Below, in pieces: positions 26,467 through 38,926 of a stretch of DNA of 64,000 nucleotides. Within the stretch, counting starts at the first letter, position 1. Each line of letters starts with the position of its first letter. The position numbers and the translations under genes were made by a program. Where the stretch lies: assembly GCF_018350175.1 (NCBI RefSeq), contig NC_058369.1, positions 11,224,001-11,288,000 on the forward strand, in the 5' to 3' direction. This DNA comes from Felis catus. Lineage: Eukaryota. The notes below the pieces were generated by a model. It was not told the origin of the DNA. It did no database searches and worked only from the letters and a program-made list of their open reading frames with translations.

Positions 26467-26641
26467 GGGCCCCTGGGTGACTCGGTCAGTTGATTTCAGC
26501 TCAGGTCATGATCCCAGGGTCACGGGATTGAGCCCCACATCAGGCTCTGTGCTGAGCATGGAGCCTGCTTGAGATCCTCTCTCCCTCTCCCTCTGCCCCT
26601 CCTCTGCTTGCTCTCGAAAGAAAGAAAGAAAGAAAGAAAGA
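26467..26641 (+). mobile_element. Can-SINE with (GAAA)n tail
   Basis: Head with an internal deletion, CT tract and GAAA tail. Confidence 0.85.
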
Positions 26642-28041
26642 ATCAGGGAGAGGTTGGTGCACTGACCAAGAAAGATGCAAAATTCTGGAAAGAGCATGCA
26701 GTGCTGGGTGGGATGCACTGAGAGTGCACTGAATACCCATTCAGGACAAAGGATCAAGACTTGGAAGGTAGGAGGGTGCATAGAAACAGTCCTGAGAGAT
26801 GGACAGAAATCATTATGAACATCTTTTCACAGATAAAGAAACTTGAGACTCAAAAGGTGACATCATTTGTTTACATTTTTGCAACAAGTAAGGAATAGGG
26901 GTGACATTCTAACTGTGATCTGCTTGCAAAGCCAGAGCTCTCCCTGTTCAGCTCACTGCCATCAGTGGAAAACCTTAGGGATGCCTGGTTACAGCAACAA
27001 ATCTTTAAAGGTTTGTATCCATGATGCTGAAATGGCCCAACGCCCACACACACACCCCACTAAGGGCACCAGCCTCTAGAAGCCCAGAGGTACAAAGGTA
27101 CAAAGTCAGAGGCACATACATGGTTATTGGCCAGCTTTGCACAGTGAGGTGTGCTTGCCACCTGCAGGAGAGGCAGGGGACAGACTTGCTTAATGCTCCT
27201 TTTTACAGCCATGACTTCTACCTACAGGCATCCTGGTGACCAACAGCAACAACCAAAGCTAAGGAGTGGCACAGTCTGAAACTTTCTACTCTGTCTCCAG
27301 TGAATCAATTCCTCATTGACTCGATAATTAAGCCATAATCAGGCAGACTGGTCAGAATAGCCTTTCTCTTCCCCTTTCCCCCAGCTAGACTTTACTCCTT
27401 CTTGGCTAGATCTCACTAAGGGCTATGACTCTGAGACTATAACACTGTCACCTGAGCTCGGGGGGAATGTGTCAGGTGCTGGAAACACACACAAGCCTGC
27501 TGAGCTCTAGAAGCCATCAAGGAGCTACAGTGAAATGACCATCGGCACTTTTATTGAGTGCCAAGTGTATGCAATAGCTGCCCTATGCCCTTTATGTACA
27601 TTGGGCCTTATAAACCTCACAGCCTGCCTGCAAGGTAATAATAGTCCCATCTTCCTATCTCAGGTGAGGAAACGAAGGCTCGGTTGTACTTAATTACTTC
27701 CCAAGGATCTCACACCTGCCAAGAGGCAGAGCTAAGACTTGCCTGAGTTTAGCCACTACACTCTTCTGCCCCCCCAACACTCCCAGAGATCAGCAGGCAT
27801 AAACAGGAGAGGGTGTCTAGCAGCAAGGAAAGATACCCAACAGACTGAGCTCAAGTTCAGACTCTATCATCTTCCAGCTCAGTGACTGAGCCAACTTCTC
27901 ACAGAGGTTGTTTACTGAGCACCTGTGACATACATTCCCAGGCCTTTGGAGTATTTTGTTAATGATGCTCACTCAAATACTGGATATCAAGTTTAAGGAT
28001 CCTTTCCAAGAAGAGAAACCCAGTTCAAAATAACCAGTATA

Positions 28042-28276
28042 GGGGCGCCTGGGTGGCTCAGTCGGTTAAGCGTCCGACTTCAGCTCAGGTCATGATCTCG
28101 CGGTCCGTGAGTTCGAGCCCCGCGTCGGGCTCTGTGCTGGCAGCTTGGAGCCTGGAGCCTGTTTCAGATTCTGTGTCTCCCTCTCTCTCTGACCCTCCCC
28201 TGTTCATGCTCTGTCTCTCCCTCTCTCAAAAATAAATAAATGTTAAAAAATTAAAATCAAAACAAAACAAAAAACA
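28042..28276 (+). mobile_element. Can-SINE
   Basis: TSD aaaataaccagtata. Confidence 0.93.
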
Positions 28277-28471
28277 AAATAACCAGTATAACCAAGTCAT
28301 ACTGCAGAGCAGGGAAAAGCAGTGAACTCTTGTTATGCACAAAAACTGGAATAACTCTCACAAGTACTATGTTAAGTAAGAGACCACATGGGAGAAAAAG
28401 TATGTATGACTGTGATTAAATAATGTTCAAGCCAAGGCACACTAATCTAAGGTGTTAGAAATCAGAAAAGT

Positions 28472-28648
28472 GGGGGGCACCTGGGGGGCTCAGTCGATTG
28501 AGCGTCCGACTTTGGCTCAGGTCATGCTCTCACGGTTTGTGAGTTCGAGGCCCGCGTTGGGCTCTGTGCTGACTGACAGCTCAGAGCCCGGAGCCTGCTT
28601 CAGATTCTGTGTGTGTGTGTCTCTCTCTGCTCCTCCCCTGCTCACATA

Positions 28649-28682
<34 letters not shown>

Positions 28683-28714
28683 AATAAATAAAGATTTTTT
28701 TTTTAATTTTAAAA
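28472..28714 (+). mobile_element. Can-SINE
   Basis: TSD agaaatcagaaaagtgg. Confidence 0.93.
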
Positions 28715-28791
28715 AGAAATCAGAAAAGTGGTTATCTCTGGGGAGAATAGATGAGTGAGAATGTGGAGCAGTCATGAAGGGGTTTGGGGTG

Positions 28792-28926
28792 CTAGATAGA
28801 TGATAGATAGATGATAGATAGATAGATAGATAGATAGATGATAGATGATAGATAGATAGATAGATAGATTATAGAGATAGATAGATAGATAGATAGAGAT
28901 AGATAGATGATAGATAATACATAGAT

Positions 28927-28961
<35 letters not shown>

Positions 28962-29212
28962 GATAGATAATACGTAGATAGATGATAGATAGATAGATAA
29001 TAGATAGATGATAGATAGATAGATGATAGATAGATAGATTATAGATAGATAAGTAGATAGATGATAGATACATAGATGATAGATAGATGATAGATAATAC
29101 ATAGATAGATAATAGATAGATAGATAGATGTTAGATAGATAATAGATGATAAATAATACATAGATAGATGATAGATAGATGGATAGATAGATGATAGATA
29201 GATGATAGATAA
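28792..29212. repeat. Long compound (GATA)n/(GAT) tetranucleotide repeat
   Basis: Direct reading, ~420 bp. Confidence 0.95.
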
Positions 29213-29983
29213 AATGTATACAGTTTTTATATAGCTTCTTATATATAAATATTTCTATATATTAGAACACAGATAGTTTCTTATAAAACTTAAACATACA
29301 CTTATACTCTTGGAAATATGAAAATGTATATCCACACAAAAACCTGCACATGAATGTTCATAGCAGTTTTGTCTATAACAGCCCAAACTAGAAATAACCT
29401 TCAGTGAATGAGTGGATGAACACATTACAGTTCGTCTATACCATGGATACTACTCAGTCACAAAAAGGAAGGACCTATTGATACATGTAACAACTCAGTT
29501 GAATCTCAAGGCTATTATGTTATGTGTAAAATGCCGAACTTTATCAAAAGCACACACGCTGCACGATTCCATTAATATAACATGTTGGAAGTGTAAAATA
29601 ATGTGTGTACAAAGTATTCATTTTAGCAAAGACTGGAAACACTCATCAAGAGAAAATTGATTACATAGATGGTGGTACTATCTACTCGATGGGAAATAAA
29701 GGCTGTAAAAAAAAATTACAGATATGAAAATACCACCAAAATCAATTAAGCAGGAACTGTAAGATTCAGAACACCATTTTAGTTTGCTAACTTTTATATG
29801 CAGAAGGAGGGGAGAGTAAGTGTGTAGCGAAGGTGGGAGTGTGGGAGTGAAGATACTCTGTCAGGTTACATAAGAAATCATTAATAGGGGCTGTTCATTG
29901 ATGGTGGGCTTGTTATGAACTGGAGGGATGGGGATCCAGTTTGGGGGACAGCATTTCATGATTTCACTGTAGGACTATTTTCT

Positions 29984-30200
29984 TTTTTTTTTTTTCTTAA
30001 CGTTTTATTTATTTTTGAGACAGCGAGAAACAGAGCATGAACAGGGGAGGGTCAGAGAGAAGGAGACACAGAATCTGAAGCAGGCTCCAGGCTCTGAGCT
30101 GTCAGCACAGAGCCCGACACAGGGCTCGAACTCACGGACCATGAGATCATGACCTGAGCTGAAGTCGGCCGCTTAACCAACTGAGCCACCCAGGTGCCCC
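29984..30200 (-). mobile_element. Can-SINE
   Basis: TSD cactgtaggactattttct. Confidence 0.93.
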
Positions 30201-30240
30201 ACTGTAGGACTATTTTCTAACCAAGAGTGAGTATCACACA

Positions 30241-30441
30241 ATTTTTTTAAGTGTATTTATTTTGAGAGTGAAAAAGTGCAAGTGGTGGCGGGGGGGGGGG
30301 GGGGGCCAGAGAGAGAAGAGAGAGCAAGAATCCCAAATAGGCCCCTCACCACAGGCAGGGCTCAAACTCATGAACTGTGAGATCATGACCAGAGCCAAAG
30401 TCAGATGCTTAACCGAGCCACTCTGCCCCCCCCCCCCCCCC
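30241..30441 (-). mobile_element. Degenerate Can-SINE with G and C homopolymer runs
   Basis: TSD gagtatcacac. Confidence 0.85.
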
Positions 30442-30726
30442 GAGTATCACACACTTTAAAAGTTAAATTTTTTAAAGACAACAGAAAGCCAATGGACGAG
30501 AAGGTTAAAAAAAAAAAAAAAAAAGATCCCAGGAGATAGAAAGGCTCCCCCCTGGGGTGGGGGGGACAAAAATTGGGGTCATGATGGAAACACCCAACAC
30601 CAAAAAACAAAGGTTCACCAACATTGCTGGTGGCAAGGGTCAAACAAAGATTTCCTAATCCCATCCTAAGTGGGCTTGGTAGAGTTAATGAAGATTGAGC
30701 CCTTCATGTGGCTGATAGGAGGGTGT

Positions 30727-30942
30727 TTTTTTTTTTTTTAATGTTTTATTTATTTTTGAGACAGAGAGAGACAGAGCATGAACGGGGGAGGGGCAGAGAG
30801 AGGGGGAGACACAGAATGGAAGCAGGCTCCAGGCTCTGAGCCATCAGCCCAGAGCCCGACGCAGGGCTCGAACTCACGGACCGCGAGATCGTGACCTGAG
30901 CTGAAGTCAGATGCTCAACCAACTGAGCCACCCAGGCGCCCC
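30727..30942 (-). mobile_element. Can-SINE
   Basis: TSD aggagggtgttttt. Confidence 0.93.
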
Positions 30943-32133
30943 AAGGAGGGTGTTTTTAACAAGGATGTGGATTGAAGTCCCAGTTTCAAGTACAGGACCT
31001 GACCTATGGCAGGTGACCAGGAAGTGTTTGATAAATTCATTTATCTGATCTGAGATTTATTACTTTCCTCGGTGAACCCAACAGTATAAATTCCCTTCTT
31101 CGTGGCATCAAGACATTGGGTCAGACATCTGAGTACTCCGTGGATGGCTTGGACCTTCAAACCACCCTGCCTAGGAATTGCCAAGAGGCCCAGTCTGGGC
31201 TAGGAGGGGATTTTAGGGGGGTGTCCTGTGAGAGTGAATCCCTGGTGATTTCTCCATTTCCTCGCCCTCTCCATCATCCCAAAGTGCACTTACCCCAGAG
31301 AACAGGCCATAAGTGGCAAGAATAGAAACAAAACAATGAGCATCTTCTTTCTTAACAAGGAGCCATGGGGCTAGCGTCCCCCAAGGGCCCCCAAACTGTA
31401 AGTATCCTATTGTGTCCCTGGCCCCCTGCTCACCTGCCTCAGGCCTGGGTGGACACATGATTCCCTCCCACACACAGACATCAGACTCGCCCCAGCCATC
31501 ACAGCCTCAGTGGTCTCCTGTGCCCTTCTTGAGGGCTTAACGCTGACCACAGGATACCCTGGAAGTCAGTGTAAAAGGAAGTTGGCCAACACCATCCCCT
31601 TGGTGATACTATCCTGGTAAGTCAGTGAGTGATGGAGAAGGGAATTGAGCTGGTTGGGGCTGGGAAAGAGGCACCCCTTTCCTTCTTGGATGCCCAGAGA
31701 GACGGGAGTGTCTGAGACCAATTCTGCACCCTCTGAATGGACAGAGGACACACACTCTGTGGCAGCTCATGCGAAGAAAACATTTAGGGTCTGCAGCTGA
31801 GGGACACGTGCACAAATGGGACAGCTTTCTCCACTGTGGTGGCTGTCTAGATGTGGTCCCCGGGGCCAGCAGCAGCGCAGCTCCCGGGAACTTCCTAGGG
31901 GCGCTGATTATCAAGCCCCACCCAAGATGCTCCAGCCCTCTACGAAACACTGACACAGCTCAAAGTGGAGAACCACTACTCTAGGGCAACCAAGGACTTC
32001 ACACCAACAACCAAGGACAGCTGCAAATATATTGCCAGGAAGGGACTCTCAGGAATAATCACAGCCCACAGCATCCCCTTACAAAGCCTCCAATGCAACT
32101 CTGAAAAATCTTCAAAAGTAATATAAGGGGGGT

Positions 32134-32323
32134 TTTATTTGTTTCTTATTTTTAAGTCTATTTATTTTGAGAGAGAGAGAGAGAGAGAGGGCGTGAGCTG
32201 GGGAGGGCTCCACACTGCCAGTGCAGAGCCTGATGTGGGGCTTGAACTCACCAACCGTTGAGACCACGACCTGAGCTGAAATCAACAGTGAGACACTTCC
32301 CTGATTGAGACACCCAGGTGCCA
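32134..32323 (-). mobile_element. Can-SINE
   Basis: Typical structure. Confidence 0.85.
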
Positions 32324-32868
32324 CAAAAAAAGAGTAGTTTTGCCAGAGATCTCTTGAGGTTGCCAAGGAGGCGATTATGCTGTTAACCTTCCTAAAAGCC
32401 CCCTTCCAACACCTCTTCCACCTCCAAGGGTTCTACTCCTCATAGCAGATACTTGCACCTCTCTCTTATTCTCACAACCTCTCGGGGTCACCTGTAACCT
32501 TTCTTATACACACCTATCTACCTACTCTGTTCTCCCATATACGTCCTGATCCCACTTCAGCTAACCCTAAATCTTTCTGGAGACCAATATTCCTTGGAAG
32601 GCAAGGAGACGATAATTTTAGATGCTTGTGTTTGAATCGTTTTCCCTAGCACAGTGTAGCTCTGAAACGCCTCTCATCACGAAGCACACTCTCAGAGAAG
32701 CAGTGGCTGGTGAGAGAATAAGAATAAATCTGTCCAGATGGGAGTAGAGCCATTACAAGCGGAAGGCCCCTACCCTCGCTCTCAGCCTGTGCCTCATTGT
32801 CAGGTATGACCAACACTGTCTCCCTGCGGTGGGTGTTGAGAGACCCACACATAAAGAACCAGTGGCTC

Positions 32869-33810
32869 CTTTTTTTTTTAATTTTTTAATGTTTATTTAT
32901 TTATTTATTAAATATAATTTATTGTCAAATTGGCTAACATACAGTGTGTAAAGTGTGTTCTCGGTTTGGGGGCTACATTCCCATGGTTCGTGTTTCCATA
33001 CAACACCCAGTGCTCATCCCGACAGGTGCCCTCCTCAATGCCCGTCACCCATTTTCCCCCTCTCCCCCGCGTCCCCATCAACCCTCAGTTTGTTCTCTGT
33101 ATTTAAGAGTCTCTTATGGTTTGCCTCCCTCCTTCTCTGTTTGTAACTATTTGTTCCCTTCCCCTCCCCCATGGTCTTCCGTTCAGTTTCTCAAGATCCA
33201 CATATGAGTGAAAACATATGGTATCTGTCTTTCTCTGTATGACTTATTTCACTTAGCATAATACCCTACAGTTCCATCCACGTTGCTGCAAATGGCCAGA
33301 TTTCACTCTTTCTCATTGCCAAGGAGGATTCCATTGTATATATAAACCACATCTTCTTTATCCATTCGTCAGTTGATGGACATTTAGGCTCTTTCCAACA
33401 CTTGGCTATTGTTGAAAGTGCTGCTATAAACACTGGGGTACAAGTGCCCCTATGCATCAGCACCCCTGTGTCCCTTGGGTAAATTCCTAGAAATGCTATT
33501 GCTGGGTCTTAGGGTAGATGTATTTTTAATTTTTTGAGGAACTTCCACACTGTTTTCCAGAGCAGCTGCACCAGTTTGTGTTCCCACCAACTGTGCGAGA
33601 GGGTTCCTGTTTCTCCACATCCTTGCCAGCATCTGTTGTTTCCTGAGTTAATTTTAGCCACTCTAACCGGTGTGAGGTGATATCTCAGTGTGATTTTGAT
33701 TGGTATTTCCTTGATGAGGAGTGACGTTGAGCATCTTTTCGTGTGTCTGTTGGCCATCTGGATATCTTCTTTGGAAAAGTGTTTATTCATGTCTTCTGCC
33801 CATTTATTCA
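32869..33810 (-). mobile_element. Felid L1 3' fragment
   Basis: ORF2-like peptides on the minus strand ([39 protein letters not shown]) plus 3' UTR and tail. Confidence 0.92.
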
Positions 33811-33814
33811 CAAA

Positions 33815-33829
33815 TATTTATTTATTTGT

Positions 33830-33868
<39 letters not shown>

Positions 33869-34035
33869 CATGAGCATGGGAGGGGCAGAGAGAGAGGGAG
33901 ACACAGAATCCGAAGCAGGCTCCAGGCTCTGAGCTGTCAGCACAGAGCCCGACGCGGGGCTTGAACTCACAAGCAATGAGATCATGACCTGAGCCAAAGT
34001 CAGACGCTTAAGCAACTGAGCCACCCAGGCGCCCC
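33815..34035 (-). mobile_element. Can-SINE
   Basis: Typical structure. Confidence 0.92.
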
Positions 34036-34568
34036 ACATTTTTGTCATTTTTATGAAAACAACTCACCTTTGAACAATCCAGGCTGTGTCTGGGAGTTTT
34101 GTTTTGAATAAACTTCTTAAACAGCTGTTTAACACACTATAACAATGCGTCTTTCACTGAGGGTTTCACTTGCTAGTGATAGCCTGTCTAGAACATGAGA
34201 AAATACAAAATTTCTTGTCCTGGAAGGCTACTGTTAATGTCAAAATGTACTTCCAAAACACCACTGGCTTTAAAGCTCCAGGTATAGTTTTTTACCATGA
34301 AATTCCTCTTTCAAATCTCCACTTAACCAGCTTTCTGGGTTCATCCATGGTCTCTATCTCCCCCTGAGAATGGACTGGGTGCTGTCCCAGTATGCTGAAT
34401 GCTCGTGGCCAGAAGGTTAGTCACAAACCTGCCAAAGCATTTCTGCTCTCATCAGTTGAGTTGAGTTGAATTGTTTTAAGTAGTACCAAATATGACTGTA
34501 CTGGTTGTAGTTGCTGCTGCAATTGTATCATTTCATTCAATGCTATAGAAATAAAAGAATTGAAGGAA

Positions 34569-34743
34569 GGGGCGCCTGGGTGGCTCAGTCAGTTAAGCGT
34601 CCGACTTCAGCTCAGGTCATGATCTCACAGTTTGTGAGTTCGAGCCCCGCGTCAGGCTCTGTGCTGACAGCTCAGAGCCTGAAGCCTGCTTCAGATTCTG
34701 TGTGTCCCTCTCTCTCTGCCCCTCACTCGTTCTGTCTCTCTCT

Positions 34744-34790
<47 letters not shown>
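34569..34790 (+). mobile_element. Can-SINE with (TA)n tail
   Basis: (TA)n at 34747-34787. Confidence 0.92.
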
Positions 34791-35808
34791 GCAAGAGAAG
34801 GAAGGGAAGGAAAGGAGGAGGGAGGGAGAGAAATGTTTTTTGATTAAATCCAAGTTGAATGCTTTAGAAAGACTTCATAAAAAGGAATCACTAAAAAAAC
34901 AATTGCTGTCTAATGAGATGTGAGCAAGATAACAACATAACTGAGGTGTAAAATCATAAAAACCTGCAAAGCTTCTGTCCTTGGATTGTTTCACAAGGAT
35001 CCCCAATATCTTGTTCCACATTAGTGGAGCAAACTAGAGCATAGCCAGAAGCCTATGGGTATGACTCAGGCAGGAAAGGTGATCAGGCAGATTCACCATT
35101 GATGCGTTCATACCCAGAGAGAAGACCGTGGTCCTCGTCAAAGCCCGGTGAGTAAATTTACATTCTTGACCAAAGTTAAAATTCGAAAAGTATGTTTGTG
35201 CATATTTGTGTTCCCACAAGATGTTTAGCACTGGTCCTCATCACAATGGATGAGAGGGGTTTTACTGTAGTCATGACGTGGCAGCAGAGCATAAAACGCC
35301 CCTAATAAATGTGGCATTCATTGGAAGCAGAAGAAGAGTGCTGTCTCTCCTTATATCCTTAGTCATTAACCTGAAATGGATGCTAACATTGCATTATGTT
35401 CAGGAAGGATGACTGAAGGCAGGAGAGAAAACAGAGAACGACAGAGGGAAAGGAAGAGAAGGAAGAAAAGAGAGTGATCGGGTTCCCTTTTTCTGTGCTG
35501 GGTTTGGTTTAGGTTTGATCCAGCTTCATTGTGTTTTCTGCAAAGCATTTTTCCACTGGGAGGAAATAAAACCACAACAAAGGTATTTATGGGCAATTTC
35601 TGAGTTGTCTCTAAACAACCAAGTTAAGTTTTTGAGATGCAAACTATCTCAGGCATGGTCGGTTTCATTGGGGACAAACAGAAACCCACAGATCTTCACA
35701 GAATGCTGCAACCTCCAGGCCTGGAGCTCCATATCCAACTTCCAGCTTTATGTTGTTTTCCTCTCCTTTTTCCTCCCCTGTTTCCTCTGCAGTAGACACA
35801 GGCTGTCA

Positions 35809-36744
35809 ATGGAACCAAAACACCAAAAAAATGAAACAGCAGTCTCAGAATTTCTTCTTTGGGGACTCTCAGAAAGGCCAGAGCATCAGATGCTCCTCTT
35901 TGGGTGTTCCTCTCCATGTACCTGATCACTGTGGGAACCTCCTCATCATCTTGGCCATCATCACAGACTCCCACTTCCACGTGCCCATGTACTTCTTCCT
36001 CTCCAACCTGTCCCTTGTCGATATTTTCTTCTCTTCCACCACTGTCCCAAGATGCTGGTGAACCTTCGCACCCAGAGCCGGGCCATCTCCTTTGTGGGCG
36101 GCCTTGCTCAGATGTATGCCTTCCACCTGTTCAGGACCATGGACAGCTTCCTCCTGGCCATGATGGCCATTGACCACTTTGTGGCAATTGTCCACCCTCT
36201 ACACTACTCAGTCATCATGAGCCCTTGTGTCTGTGGGTTGCTGGTTGGGGGGGCCATGGCTGATCACCAGTCTCCAGTCACTCATGCACACCTCCCTCAT
36301 GGTTCAACTGACCTTCTGTTCTGGCTCCGAAATCCCCCACTTCTTCTGTGATCTCATGCCCCTGCTGAAGCTCTCCTGCTCTGACATGCACACCAGTGAG
36401 CTGGTGGTTTTTGCTTTTGGCATCATCATGGGCATCAGTCCCCTCTCCTGCATCCACCTGCATTTTCTGGGCAGTCTTCAAGATCCCTTCTGCTCAGGGC
36501 AAGTGGAAAGCCTTCTCCACTTGTGGCTCGCACCTCACCACAGTGTCACTGTTCTATGGCACCGTCTGGGCCATGTACTTTACAGCCCACATCTGCCGCT
36601 TCCTCCCAGAAGGACAAGGCAGCTGCCCTGATGTGTGGGGTGCTCATCCCCATGCTGAGCCCCTTTATATACAGTCTAAGGAACAAGGACATGAAGGCAG
36701 CCCTGAGGAGGTTCATCAGCAAAGCAGTCTCCTGTCAGTGCTAG
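35809..36744 (+). pseudogene. OR1I1: Olfactory receptor family 1 subfamily I (OR1I1 orthologue) pseudogene
   Basis: OR motifs are spread over several frames: [101 protein letters not shown]. Frame breaks at ~35905, ~35934, ~36047, ~36250, ~36455, ~36580. The frame from the ATG stops at 35923-35925. Acceptor at 35791-35792 just before the ATG. Position between CASP14 and SYDE1 fits OR1I1. Confidence 0.9.
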
Positions 36745-36759
36745 GTCAGAATGGTGGTT

Positions 36760-36940
36760 GGCATTTACCGTGTTCCAGAACCACTGTTAGGTGGTGAGAA
36801 CACAGAGATACATCCCATCCCTGCCCTCAAGGCATTCAGAGTTGAGTGGGGGATAGAGATGTGTGAATAAATCATTATGGTACAACATGGTAAATGTGTC
36901 ACAAAAGTTGAATGGAAAGTTATGGGAACCCGAAGAGAGA
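36760..36940. mobile_element. L2 3'-end remnant directly behind the OR stop codon
   Basis: ttaccgtgttccag...tccctgccctcaaggcattcagagttgagtggggga resembles the recalled L2 3'-end consensus. Confidence 0.6.
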
Positions 36941-37307
36941 GACGTGTGTTTTCCCCATGGTTTGTCTTCCCCGTGAAGATCAGAAAAGTAGTCTTAAATT
37001 GGCCCTCTCTGGGCTATTGGGCTTATGGGATTGCTACGTGGGTAACACTAGTTGAACAAAAGATTGGCACACCATTTTAATATTGATAAAGACAACACAT
37101 ATTAGCCAGTTACATCACCATGCTTCCCAAGGACATTGAAAGCATCTGTTGAGATTAGTTCACTTATCATTCATTTCAGCAGCTACCAGCCTCGGTCTCA
37201 CAGGTGCCTTGGGGTCACATCTTGTGGCCATGAGTTTGGAAATCATTGTCATCAACAGGCCTCCCATGTGCACCTCTCCTCCAGGCCCATCCATCTGACA
37301 GAGTTCT

Positions 37308-37331
37308 TTCTCTTAGATTTATTTATTTATT

Positions 37332-37378
<47 letters not shown>

Positions 37379-37587
37379 AGAAGAAGAGGAGGAGGAGGAG
37401 GAATGAGAAGGAGAAGGAGAAGAAGAAGTAGGAGGAGGAGGAGGAGCAGAGAGAGAGGAAGAAAGGATCCCAAGCAGGCTCTGCAGTGTCAGCACGGAGC
37501 CCGATGTGGGGCTTGAACTCACGAACCACGAGATCATGACCTGAGCCGAAGTCAGATGTTTAACTGACTGAGCCACCCAGGCACCCC
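37308..37587 (-). mobile_element. Can-SINE with expanded (GA)/(GGA)/(GAA) tract
   Basis: Typical structure. Confidence 0.9.
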
Positions 37588-38196
37588 GTTTTTACATTTT
37601 TAAGTGGTTGGGAAAAAATTAAAAGACCATTCTATGACAGACTGAAATTATATAAAATTCTAATTTTAGTGCTCCTAGAGTTTTATGGGAACACAGCCAC
37701 ACCCATTAATCATCTATGACTGATTTCAAATTACAGGACAGAGCTGAATAATCTTGAAGGAGACTTCATGTTGCACAAAGCCTAAAATGTTTACTATCTG
37801 GCCCTCTACCAAAGGAGTTTACTGACCCCTTTTCTATAGAAAACATAGAAATTGATACCCAAGTAGATCCATGAATCAGAAGCATCAGCTTCATGGGGAG
37901 TTTGCTAGAAATGACGCAAACGCCATCCCAAACCATTGAATCGTAATTTAACAACCCAAGGGGCTTATATGAACCTTAAAGTTTGGGATCACGGGAATCA
38001 GTGGGGGGTGGAAAGAAGGGAAGTAGCGATTTGGGACCCAAATAGGCCTTCAGTCCAGAGATACAAGAGAACCATATCTGGGACATTCCTCCAAGGACAT
38101 TTTCCATGTTTCCCTTCCATAAACACCGCCCTGGAGAGGAAGGTCCAAAGACCCCACCAACCGCTTTCAAAGAATTGCAGCTACAGCTGGAGGACG

Positions 38197-38215
38197 TGGC
38201 CACCAGGTGGCGATA
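38197..38215 (+). promoter_or_regulatory. Candidate CTCF binding site
   Basis: TGGCCACCAGGTGGCGATA closely matches the CTCF core consensus TGGCCACCAGGGGGCGCTA and lies in non-repetitive sequence. Confidence 0.65.
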
Positions 38216-38706
38216 GTGCCGTTTCACAAAATGGATTTAAAGTTCGGTTTTTCAGAAACCTTTATCCTGGCTGTAAACTGGCCCAGTTCCCCCGACCTCC
38301 CGCGCAGTCGTGCTCTGGGAGGGACGGCATGTGTAAAGTTCCTGTGGTGGGACCGAGCCTGGGTTGCTCAGAGAAATCACGGAAAGGTGTGTCCCCAGCC
38401 CACAGAGGTGTGGTCACTCACCGCAGGGATTGGTCCACAGGGCAGAGGGGACGAGAACATTAAGCAGGGATATAGGGAGGGCTTGTGCTTCTGAATAAAT
38501 CCACTGGTGAACCATACCATGGATTGGGGGTCAGGAAACGTTCTATAAATGGCCAGAGAGTAATTATCAGCTGTATAGATCCTACAGCCTCTGGCACAGT
38601 GGTTCACCTCTGCTGTTCCATCATGGAAGCCACCATCGACAACACATCAAGGAATGGGAGTGGATGAGAACCCATGAAACTTTATAGACATTGAAACTTG
38701 AATTTC

Positions 38707-38926
38707 AGGGGCGCCTGGGTGGCTCAGTCGGTTAAGCGTCCGACTTCAGCTCAGGTCACGATCTCACAGTCTGTGAGTTCGAGCCCCGCGTCAGGCTCTG
38801 GGCTAATGGCTCAGAGCCTGGAGCCTGCTTCCGATTCTGTGTCTCCCTCTCTCTCTAACCCCCCCCCCCCATTCATGCTCTCTCTCTGTCCCAAAAATAA
38901 ATAAACGTTAAAAAAAAAAGAAAAAA
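38707..38926 (+). mobile_element. Can-SINE
   Basis: TSD gaaacttgaatttca. Confidence 0.93.

Noticed and set aside
28792..29102. Hydrophobic YLSI-repeat ORFs
   Set aside because: Translation of the GATA microsatellite.
38540..38560. TATAAAT with nearby CCAAT boxes looking like a promoter
   Set aside because: It sits in MER58-like transposon sequence where this AT-rich word is expected.
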